From positions 1-61,056 of the IMG/VR virus record IMGVR_UViG_3300043256_000368: DNA of 61,056 nucleotides; one strand, given 5' to 3'. The stretch comes from a virus. Its lineage: Duplodnaviria; Caudoviricetes. Below are positions 7,823 through 15,737 of the stretch, piece after piece; within the stretch, counting starts at the first letter, position 1; each line of letters starts with the position of its first letter. Below the pieces are notes generated by a model that worked only from the letters and a program-made list of their open reading frames with translations, searched no databases and was not told the origin of the DNA. A program made the position numbers and the translations under genes.

Positions 7823-9682
7823 ATGGAATTGACCAGAGAACAACGGGACGCGGTAAAGACGAACGCCTGGGAGGTCGTCGTGATCGCCGGTGCCGGTAGC
7901 GGTAAGACTCGTGTGATCACCGCACGCATTCGCCACCTACTCTCGAAAGGGGCCTCGCCCAGCGAGATTCTCGTGCTGACGTTTACCCGCAAGGCGGCTG
8001 GTGAGATGCGCGATCGCCTTGAACAATCGATAATGGCCGACGGTGGTGACGTCCGTCGCTCCACAAACGGGTTGCTGATGGGGACGTTCCACTCGATCGC
8101 CCTGCACATCCTCCGGCAAAGCGGGCACATGATTGGGTACACGACCGGCACCATCACCATGTTGGATCCGGCCGACGCCGACCTACTTCTGGAAGATTGC
8201 TGTCGGGACATCGGGCTCATTCAAACGGACATCGACGGAACCGATCATTGGTCATTCGGTCTCTCGTGGAAAGCTGTGCGAAATGCGCGCGAAAAGCTGT
8301 ATCAGACAGGCGATGAACCCGGCAATCGACACCTAGCGACCTTGATGCGTCGGTATCAGTCCGAGATGTTCGGCATGAACGTGGTCGACTTCGGGACTCT
8401 TTTGGTTCAATGCCACCGAGTTCTCGAAATTCCGAAGGTGCGCGCCGGCTGGCAGGCAAAGATCCGGCACGTACTCTTGGATGAGGCCCAGGATTGCGAC
8501 ACGATGCAATACCGGCTCCACAGATGTTTCGCACCGCCGGCGACGTTCTTCTCGGTCGGGGATACCCGTCAGTGCATCTACACGTGGCGAGGCGCTCGAC
8601 CCGACCTGATGGTCACGAAGGAGCACACGCGCACGACACCGTTAGCGATTCACTCCTTGACAACCTGTTTCCGATCCGGGACCGAGATCGTCCGGTGTGC
8701 AAACAATCTGATCGCCAACAACGTCGATCCCTTGGTTCATCCGATGGTCAGTGCCCACGACTGGCCGGGAGAGGTTTCGCTTCAAATCGGTCGATCGCAG
8801 GATGTGGCTGAACTTGTCAAGCGATCGCACGGCGGTGGGTGTGCCGTTGATAGGACAGTACCGTTCTTCGGCTGGAGTGACATAGCCGTCCTCTCCAGGA
8901 GGCACCTACCGCTCAAATCGCTAGGTCGGTGCTTGGACGAGATGGAGATCCCTTTTCAGCACGTCGGCCGAGGGTTCGAAGTCTGCCAAACGGAAGAATT
9001 TCGCCAGATGCACGCATGTTTGCGACTGGCAATCAACGACCGCGATGAGATGGCCTTTCGACGGGTGCTCGCCATCTATGACCCTAACTGTCATCCGGTA
9101 TACACACGAATTCGAGCACGCGCATCGGAATTGGGTATCCCGAGCGTACAGTTCTTATTATCAGAACGAGACACGTATACGGCGGATGTCCGCGCGTTGA
9201 TTGCGGCCGTTACCAAAGCTGCCCAGACGCAGACGATTGGCGAGTTGATGCCGGGGCTTCGCGCCCGTCTCCCGGACCACGGGGTTGCAAGCCAAAACGC
9301 CGAGTGGTTCTGGATGAACCACTGTTTCGAGTTGACGGTTGCGGACGCTCTGATGTGGTATGGCCTGTCCGACGCGCAAGATGACATCCGGGATGGAGAC
9401 CACGTCACCCTGTCAACGATCCACGCGGCGAAGGGACTCGAGTGGCCGTTAGTAATCGTGCTCGATCTCAACGAAGGAAATCTGCCGTCCTCGCAATCGG
9501 TCAAAGACGCCAGGCTGGTACCTGATGAACGCAGAGTGTGCTACGTGGCCATGACTCGTGCGAAAGAACGGCTGATCTTTCATTACCGCACACGGAACGA
9601 ACAGAAGGACCGAGTTCAACCGCCGTCTCGCTTTCTGGATGAGATCCGTTGTGACGAAGGGGCGCTGACCCCGGAGGTGTAG
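7823..9682 (+). CDS. UvrD/PcrA-like SF1 helicase
   Basis: AGAGSGKT, TFTRKAA, GTFHS, LLDEAQD, VGDTRQCIY, STIHAAKGLEW, YVAMTRA. Confidence 0.95.
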   Translation: MELTREQRDAVKTNAWEVVVIAGAGSGKTRVITARIRHLLSKGASPSEILVLTFTRKAAGEMRDRLEQSIMADGGDVRRSTNGLLMGTFHSIALHILRQSGHMIGYTTGTITMLDPADADLLLEDCCRDIGLIQTDIDGTDHWSFGLSWKAVRNAREKLYQTGDEPGNRHLATLMRRYQSEMFGMNVVDFGTLLVQCHRVLEIPKVRAGWQAKIRHVLLDEAQDCDTMQYRLHRCFAPPATFFSVGDTRQCIYTWRGARPDLMVTKEHTRTTPLAIHSLTTCFRSGTEIVRCANNLIANNVDPLVHPMVSAHDWPGEVSLQIGRSQDVAELVKRSHGGGCAVDRTVPFFGWSDIAVLSRRHLPLKSLGRCLDEMEIPFQHVGRGFEVCQTEEFRQMHACLRLAINDRDEMAFRRVLAIYDPNCHPVYTRIRARASELGIPSVQFLLSERDTYTADVRALIAAVTKAAQTQTIGELMPGLRARLPDHGVASQNAEWFWMNHCFELTVADALMWYGLSDAQDDIRDGDHVTLSTIHAAKGLEWPLVIVLDLNEGNLPSSQSVKDARLVPDERRVCYVAMTRAKERLIFHYRTRNEQKDRVQPPSRFLDEIRCDEGALTPEV

Positions 9683-9683
9683 G

Positions 9684-9956
9684 ATGATGGCACACATGAG
9701 CACTATGGATCGGGCCATTGGAGCCGCTATCCTTCTTGCCCTCCTCGCGTGGGTGTGCCTCGCTCCGCGGCGTGACGGCAAACCACCGCATTTTCGGATC
9801 GTCGATGATCCACGGTTAAAGGTCCAGGTTCAGTTCGAGTGGAAGGATTTGTGGGTCGGCGCCTTCGCGCGTAGATCGCAGGTCGGCCTCCACATCTACA
9901 TCTGCCTCATTCCCTGTTTCCCGATCCACGTCACGATTGCGAGGTTCCCGAAATGA
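9684..9956 (+). CDS. Hypothetical membrane-anchored protein
   Basis: N-terminal hydrophobic helix; DLWVG...YICLIPCFPI. Confidence 0.6.
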   Translation: MMAHMSTMDRAIGAAILLALLAWVCLAPRRDGKPPHFRIVDDPRLKVQVQFEWKDLWVGAFARRSQVGLHIYICLIPCFPIHVTIARFPK

Positions 9957-10138
9957 CCTCGCATAACAGTAGACGACGCCGTTCCCGGTTGCCGGATCAG
10001 GTGGTTGTGCACGCGGACGGCAGTTTTTCACCACTGCCGCCTTCGCTCAAGCGCTGTACGGAGTGCGGGGAAATGTGTTTGGTGGGTTGGGTTCACTGCT
10101 ATCCGTGTGGAGCACTATTGCCACGTAACAAACGATGA
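9953..10138 (+). CDS. Small zinc-ribbon protein
   Basis: CTECG...CYPCG; ATGA overlap with the upstream gene. Confidence 0.55.
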   Translation: MTSHNSRRRRSRLPDQVVVHADGSFSPLPPSLKRCTECGEMCLVGWVHCYPCGALLPRNKR

Positions 10139-10490
10139 AAAAGGGAGGGACGATCCACAAATGGCTGAGATGGGAAGAACTCCCTCTGGACGACCGTCGT
10201 GGTTGGGCGGCATGTGGTGTCAATCTACTGGCGCACGGAAGGTACAGAAAATCTTGGAAGGGCGTCAGGTGCAAGAACTGTCTCCGCCGTAAGACCACGA
10301 CAAGGACCTAGACGGGAGCGGCGCGGACGTCCAGCTTCGACAACGCGGCCAACTGGTCTCCTCGCGGTAAGCCGCAGCGTGGAGACATTTGCGTATTCCC
10401 GGCAAGCAGCGTGGTGGCCCAAGCAGTCGGTCAGGAACCGACCGTGTTGGAGCGAATCCACGTGGACCGGCACTGTGGGAGGATCGGTCG

Positions 10491-10793
10491 GTGAAAACTA
10501 CCTTGAAGCAAATCGGGCAAACTGTGGAATGGCTGTCCGATGTTAAGGACTTCTTGGAGGCGATGCGCTTACTTGCAAACGTGACGCTCGGCCTGCCGGC
10601 ACGGTTGCGTTTCTTTCACCGGAGTTGGTACACCTGCACGTTTTGCGGTCACAGGTTCAACCGGGAACTTCATATTCCGAACAAGGCTGCGCGCCGGCAT
10701 CCGCGCACGGATGGCTCGCATAGGCGTTACGCTGGTTGGAATCCTCCGGATCAAGTTACGTGGTGGTGTCCTGTTTGTTTACCCATTGATTGA
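10491..10793 (+). CDS. Hypothetical Cys-motif protein
   Basis: GGAGG before GTG; CTFCG and CPVC motifs. Confidence 0.5.
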   Translation: MKTTLKQIGQTVEWLSDVKDFLEAMRLLANVTLGLPARLRFFHRSWYTCTFCGHRFNRELHIPNKAARRHPRTDGSHRRYAGWNPPDQVTWWCPVCLPID

Positions 10794-10805
10794 GGAGCGG
10801 ATTTT

Positions 10806-11033
10806 ATGCTAAGAGAAGAACTGCATGTCGGGTTGCCCGTCAAGATTCGAATGAGAATAACGGGGCGATATGAGGTGGCGCGTGTCATCCATATTCCGAC
10901 GACCGCCGGTGAGCAAGTCAGGCTAAGTTGTGGGGATAGGATGATTCACCGACACGACGGTGACATCGAACCACGTGACTATGTTCCCCCGGATCGCGGT
11001 CCAAGAATCGATGTGCAACATGGTTGCCGGTAA
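10806..11033 (+). CDS. Hypothetical protein
   Basis: GAGGAG SD upstream. Confidence 0.55.
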   Translation: MLREELHVGLPVKIRMRITGRYEVARVIHIPTTAGEQVRLSCGDRMIHRHDGDIEPRDYVPPDRGPRIDVQHGCR

Positions 11034-11065
11034 GCCGGCGATCCAGATCGAGGAGTAACCCGTGG

Positions 11066-11138
11066 TGCGGGGTAGAGCAGTTGGTAGCTCGCTGGGCTCA
11101 TAACCCGGAGGTCGCAGGTTCGAGTCCTGCCCCCGCTA
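11066..11138 (+). tRNA. tRNA-Met(CAT), initiator type
   Basis: Cloverleaf with acceptor GCGGGG/CCCCGC and a T1:T72 mismatch, anticodon loop CT-CAT-AA, three consecutive G-C pairs in the anticodon stem, T-loop TTCGAGT; CCA not encoded. Confidence 0.95.
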
Positions 11139-11187
11139 TTTTGGTTTTTGGTGCACTGATGCTGTTGGAAAAAAAGGAGTTGAACTG

Positions 11188-11733
11188 ATGGCTACCGATC
11201 TCGGACCTTGTTGCGTGTGTGAATCCAACGTTGATGTCTACGTTGTCATGCTGCCCGTGAGGGGCTTGGTACCCGGCCATGGCTGGGGATGTGTCGTCTG
11301 CGGTTTACGTGCTGACGGAGCGTTGGCCGTGCTTTGTCGCATTTGCCTTGGCAGACAACCCGTCTACGCATGTCAGGGATTCCTGGGTACGGAGGCGCGG
11401 GTTTCTATTGAGGAACTCCGAAAGCCACACACGCACCGCGCATCGAGGCATCCTGAACTATGTGGACAAACAACTGCCCATCCGGGCGGGGAGGCGCCTC
11501 TAGGTGATGCGGAATTCGTCAGAGTCGCAACGGTGCGCTTCTTGGATCAGCGACTTGCGAGGGTCGAGGAAAGGATGCGGCGGTATGAGACCCACATCAC
11601 CGCCCTGGAAGATCGGTGTGCTAGTCTTGAGCAAGCTTTTCCGATCGAAGCCGGTATCGCCCAACGCAGATCACCGCCGGCGCCTCCCAATGAAACTACC
11701 ACCCAGCGTGCGCCGGAGTCACTATCACGATGA
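11188..11733 (+). CDS. Hypothetical Cys-rich protein with C-terminal coiled coil
   Basis: CCVC, GWGCVVCG and CRIC motifs; AAGGAG SD. Confidence 0.65.
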   Translation: MATDLGPCCVCESNVDVYVVMLPVRGLVPGHGWGCVVCGLRADGALAVLCRICLGRQPVYACQGFLGTEARVSIEELRKPHTHRASRHPELCGQTTAHPGGEAPLGDAEFVRVATVRFLDQRLARVEERMRRYETHITALEDRCASLEQAFPIEAGIAQRRSPPAPPNETTTQRAPESLSR

Positions 11734-12842
11734 ACCAACCGGCCCAGCGTCCAGCGAGCGCCACCCGCGGGCGTTGGCACAACCACCTTCCGGAGTGGGT
11801 TGAGGCGTCCGATCTCTACGCGCGGCTGCCGCAAACCGGCAAGAGGTTTCTCCAGGCGGTTGCCGATGCGTGTCAACCACCAGGCCCCGACGGATCCCTC
11901 GTGGGTGCGTTCGGTGGCCACCAGTTGATTACGAGCATCGGATGCCAGCCGTCGACGTTTTGGGCCTACGTCGAGCTATTGGAAGCGGTGGGACTGCTCG
12001 TGACGCTCAATCGTGGCGGCCGGTTGACGTTCAGGGTTGGCGGTGACACTCGCAACGTCGGCAACGTCTACGGGATTCCTGGCACGCGTGGAGCGCTGAA
12101 CGCGCGTCGTTGCCAGAGGGAAGTGTGTCGCATGGTTCGGACGGCCGACGGTGCTCTCCATCGACAAGTGCTGCAGCCGGGAACGCAGGCGACACTCTGG
12201 CATCCCGACGACCTGAAGCCCGAAGCGCCACCTGTGCATTGCTCTGTGAAGTCTCCCGAAATCGGAGTGGGGGTACTCCGAAAATCGGAGTGGGGGTACT
12301 CCGAAAATCGGAGTGGGGGTACTCCGAAAATCGGAGTGGGGGTACTCCGGGAATCGGAGTCTACCATCCTGTCTGGTATCCCTGGTAAAAAAACCATGGT
12401 GCGGAGAGATGGTGTTTGCACACAAACTCACAGAAAGAAAGTTCCCCTGGCCGATCTCGTGAAGGCGGATCTGACGAACACCGGCCGGCTAATGACGCTA
12501 TTTGCAGAGGCCGTGCAGAACGGGCTGATCGACGATACGGAGGCGCGCCAACTCGATTGGGTTGGGATGGCCGAACGTGCGATCCGGGTTGCTCGAAACC
12601 CCGTAAAGATGTTCGTTTCAAACATCAAGCACGGTGACCGTTGGCACTTTATCGCCATCGAAGATGAACAAGCCGCACAAGGACGACTCAAGCAATATCG
12701 CCATGACGACGGCCAGGCAGACGACATGGAGGGCGAAGACCCTCGACTTGTCGGCGGAGATTTTCGTCGTCTATTGATTGCCGAATTGGAGTTGGAACAA
12801 ACAGGAACAGTGAACGGCCGCCCCGGGGCCGCACCCCGATAA
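11730..12842 (+). CDS. Replication initiator-like protein with internal origin (lambda O-like architecture)
   Basis: N-terminal HTH-like region (LITSIGCQPSTFWAYVELLEAVGLL), central iteron array, helical C-terminal domain. Confidence 0.75.
   Translation: MNQPAQRPASATRGRWHNHLPEWVEASDLYARLPQTGKRFLQAVADACQPPGPDGSLVGAFGGHQLITSIGCQPSTFWAYVELLEAVGLLVTLNRGGRLTFRVGGDTRNVGNVYGIPGTRGALNARRCQREVCRMVRTADGALHRQVLQPGTQATLWHPDDLKPEAPPVHCSVKSPEIGVGVLRKSEWGYSENRSGGTPKIGVGVLRESESTILSGIPGKKTMVRRDGVCTQTHRKKVPLADLVKADLTNTGRLMTLFAEAVQNGLIDDTEARQLDWVGMAERAIRVARNPVKMFVSNIKHGDRWHFIAIEDEQAAQGRLKQYRHDDGQADDMEGEDPRLVGGDFRRLLIAELELEQTGTVNGRPGAAPR
12252..12360 (+). repeat. Iteron array, putative origin: 5 x palindromic ACTCCGAAAATCGGAGT separated by GGGGGT (23-bp period)
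   Basis: Units start at 12252 (degenerate), 12275, 12298, 12321 and 12344; followed by an A-rich tract and a DnaA-box-like GTTTGCACA. Confidence 0.9.
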
Positions 12843-12894
12843 TCCGCCCGCCGTGGGAGGAGACGTCCGCCAAATACCCAGAAAGGAAATACAT

Positions 12895-13419
12895 ATGCCA
12901 ACGGCAACGAAAAAGAGAGCCAAGAAAAAGACTGCGAAAAAGGCGCGAAAGCAATCCGGCTCACGGGCGGCCGGTAGACCGCGACACGAAGCCAATAAGA
13001 GTCTTGGCCGAGGTCTCGATGGGCCGCGCCTCGCGGCTCCGCCCGACAATGGAGGTTTTGATCATGGACTACTCGAGGATAATCCGGCTGATGATGTCAC
13101 TGTCGACACGAGTGACGCCATGGATGAGGGCGAACAGATCCCGCTATTTGAGTATGAGGAGGCGGACGCGAAAGAGATTGCCAAGATGGCCCGTCAATAC
13201 TCTCGAGCGATGAAAGCACGCGTAAAGCTGCTCGAGGAAGAGAAGAGATTTAAGGTGGCGCTCAGCGAGAAGATCAAGGGTTCCGGCGCAAAACCCACCA
13301 AGGAAGGGAAATACAAGGTGCACGCAGGCGACTTGACAATCACGATCACTCCGCAAGTGGTCAGCGAGTCGGTGCGAGTCGCGTTCGATAAGGATGCCAA
13401 GAGTAAAGACACCGACTGA
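12895..13419 (+). CDS. Hypothetical protein with Lys-rich N-terminus
   Basis: AAAGGA SD; MPTATKKRAKKKTAKK. Confidence 0.7.
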   Translation: MPTATKKRAKKKTAKKARKQSGSRAAGRPRHEANKSLGRGLDGPRLAAPPDNGGFDHGLLEDNPADDVTVDTSDAMDEGEQIPLFEYEEADAKEIAKMARQYSRAMKARVKLLEEEKRFKVALSEKIKGSGAKPTKEGKYKVHAGDLTITITPQVVSESVRVAFDKDAKSKDTD

Positions 13420-13427
13420 TCCTAGCG

Positions 13428-13802
13428 ATGACCAATCGAATTGATTGCCAAACGGCGGAGGCGCGTGTCGAGTTCGTGGCGGCTATGCGGAAAGAATATC
13501 CGGCCGATCCTGAGATTGCCGAGTTGTGCCGGTTGTTGATGCGACTATCGGCGACACATCATCGTTTGCAAGTTGCGTATTGCAATCGAGGAGCGACCCT
13601 AGCGCGGCAACAGCAAGAGCATCGTTGCGAAAGGAAAATCGTCGAGTTGTGCAGCCGGTTCGGATGTGACGGCGCTCCAGTACCGTCATACCCGATGTTC
13701 ATTCGGAATCTTCGCGGTGCTACGGTCAAGCTGGTTGTGCCGAGTGGATCAACGAACGACTCCGCCCAAATCGGCATCGTCGTTCCTGCTGGCCGTTCCT
13801 GA
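13428..13802 (+). CDS. Hypothetical phage protein
   Basis: Operon fit; RLQVAYCN...RGATVKL. Confidence 0.6.
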   Translation: MTNRIDCQTAEARVEFVAAMRKEYPADPEIAELCRLLMRLSATHHRLQVAYCNRGATLARQQQEHRCERKIVELCSRFGCDGAPVPSYPMFIRNLRGATVKLVVPSGSTNDSAQIGIVVPAGRS

Positions 13803-13821
13803 AAGGAGAGTGTGCGTAAGG

Positions 13822-14016
13822 ATGCCACAACTTCCATGGCAAGAGTTACAAGAGGCTGCCCGGTTGGCTGTGCGGAAATCATACTGCGAGGGCGACCCGA
13901 AATTCGAGAGCCTATACGCCAACGTTTGCAACGCCGAAAGGTTCATCTGCTACCTCTTGGCTGAGGTTGTAGAGTTAGGTAAGCGCAACCTGGTGATGGA
14001 ACGACGGAGATCCTGA
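13822..14016 (+). CDS. Hypothetical protein
   Basis: SD-like sequences upstream; operon fit. Confidence 0.5.
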   Translation: MPQLPWQELQEAARLAVRKSYCEGDPKFESLYANVCNAERFICYLLAEVVELGKRNLVMERRRS

Positions 14017-14017
14017 G

Positions 14018-14512
14018 ATCAGCGCAAACGAAATAACGGTTCTGGGTATCGACCTCGGTCTCAATTGTGGATGGTGTTTCTACCGCGTAGGCAAAGGCAT
14101 GGTGAGCGGCGTATGGGACATCACGGGTTCAGCAGTGGAGCGCGATGGCGTGAGATACTGTCGGTTTCTCCGATGGCTCGACTGGATCTTGAAGGAGCAC
14201 GGCCTACCCAATGAGATCGTCTACGAAAAGGTGCGCTTCCACGGTAGGAACGCCGGCGTCGACGCCCCGCATTTGTACGGGGCGTTGAAGGGGCTGCTGT
14301 TGGTGTGGTGCGAGATCCACAAAGTACGGTACAGGGGTTTGTGGGTGGCTACGGTTAAGAAATTTGCTACTGGCAACGGAAATGCCAAGAAGGCGATCGT
14401 GCTAGAGGCAGCGCAGCGCCGGTGGCCACAGGCGTGTATCGAGGACGATAACGAAGCCGACGCGCGATGGGTCGCTGCAACTCACGCCGCCAAAATGGTG
14501 CAACGAACGTAG
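14018..14512 (+). CDS. RuvC-like Holliday junction resolvase (non-canonical start needed)
   Basis: VLGIDLG, IVYE, TVKKFATGNGNAKK, DDNEADA. The GIDLG motif lies upstream of the first ATG. Confidence 0.85.
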   Translation: MSANEITVLGIDLGLNCGWCFYRVGKGMVSGVWDITGSAVERDGVRYCRFLRWLDWILKEHGLPNEIVYEKVRFHGRNAGVDAPHLYGALKGLLLVWCEIHKVRYRGLWVATVKKFATGNGNAKKAIVLEAAQRRWPQACIEDDNEADARWVAATHAAKMVQRT

Positions 14513-14516
14513 GAAG

Positions 14517-15737
14517 GTGAAACGAACCATGGACGACAAACCGAGGCCGACGACTCACGTTGACATATTCGGTCCCAAGTGCCTAGCAGAAATGTTCGAC
14601 GAATGGTGGTTGTCGGAGACCACCAATCATCCAAACAAGCAGTTTGGAAAGGGCTACGCCTATTGGTGTTGGTGCGCAGCCTTGGGATTTGATCTTCGGA
14701 AGGGTGGGGCGTTGGAAAAAAGGGAAGGGGATTCGCCGGTCACGGCCGACCCGGAGGCTGCCGCATTTGAGCGGTGGTGGCAGGAACGTACGCTGATCGA
14801 TTACGAAACCACGAAGCGATTGGTGTACCGTGCCTGGTGCGCGTCGGCCGCACAGCCGCCGCGCGTCGCCTTCCCGACGGAGTTCCCGTTAGGTTCGGAA
14901 GGCCCTTCATCGATGACACAGCCGGCGTCGGGATTGCCGGTGCAGCCTGAGCCGATCAATACGGCTAAAAACGATTTCGAAGAATGGTGGGATGAAGCAA
15001 CCCGGGGCTCCCCCGGAACCGTCGAACTTGTCGACCGTATGGCGTATCGGGCGTGGTGCGCAGCGTTAGGGTTCGACGTCGAGGGCGAAACCCTCGTCAA
15101 GCGCGGCGGCCGATCAACGTCTGGCTCTGACCCAGAGGCTCCCGATTTCGACCATTGGTGGACCCAAATGGCAGAACGTGATCCGCTGGGAGACAAGAAG
15201 AGCCTCGCGTACCGAGCTTGGTGCGCCGGCGCGGCCACGGGGACAGTAACGCCAAAACTAGATAATTTGGAAATGCTCTACCGCATTGCTCGTGAGCAGG
15301 GCTGGTGTGCGGAGGCGCCGGCGTCCGGATTGCCGGTGCAGCCTGAGTCGGTGCGTGAACGGATGAGCCTGCCACCCCTTGAGACCACGCGCCGATTCGA
15401 CGAATGGTGGGAAGCATTTCGGGAGAAAGAGGTGCGTCCAAATTTTACCTCGATGTATTTCGCTTGGTACGCATGGTGCGCCGCACACAAAAAGATGGGC
15501 GCCTCGATGGCGAATGACAACCTGCCGAGCAAGCCTGCCTGGCTGTGTCAGTGTGGAACTGCTTATGAAGGCGCTAGGTCGAAGGTGCGAATGGATCTTG
15601 CACCGGACAGGCTTGCCAAAAGCGGCATCGACGTCTGGATTTGTCAGTGTGGTCTTGTTTATGAGGGCGATAAGCCTCGGGTGTGTGATCCGGCCAGAAC
15701 CCGGTTTGAGGCCCAATCCCGGGGGTTGAACAGCTAA
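14517..15737 (+). CDS. Trp-rich repeat protein
   Basis: Five F(D/E)xWW...xYxAWCA modules and two W(L/I)CQCGxxYEG modules. Confidence 0.75.
   Translation: MKRTMDDKPRPTTHVDIFGPKCLAEMFDEWWLSETTNHPNKQFGKGYAYWCWCAALGFDLRKGGALEKREGDSPVTADPEAAAFERWWQERTLIDYETTKRLVYRAWCASAAQPPRVAFPTEFPLGSEGPSSMTQPASGLPVQPEPINTAKNDFEEWWDEATRGSPGTVELVDRMAYRAWCAALGFDVEGETLVKRGGRSTSGSDPEAPDFDHWWTQMAERDPLGDKKSLAYRAWCAGAATGTVTPKLDNLEMLYRIAREQGWCAEAPASGLPVQPESVRERMSLPPLETTRRFDEWWEAFREKEVRPNFTSMYFAWYAWCAAHKKMGASMANDNLPSKPAWLCQCGTAYEGARSKVRMDLAPDRLAKSGIDVWICQCGLVYEGDKPRVCDPARTRFEAQSRGLNS

Noticed and set aside
5564-9682. Gabija defence system
   Set aside because: The ATPase has a long coiled coil and no TOPRIM/OLD nuclease domain; the context is a phage recombination operon.
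11066-11138. tRNA as a prophage att site
   Set aside because: No duplicate of its 3' end was noticed, no integrase is adjacent, and phage-like genes continue on both sides.
12252-12360. CRISPR array (palindromic repeats with spacers)
   Set aside because: Spacers are only 6 bp and identical, the array lies inside a CDS, and no cas genes are present; it fits iterons.
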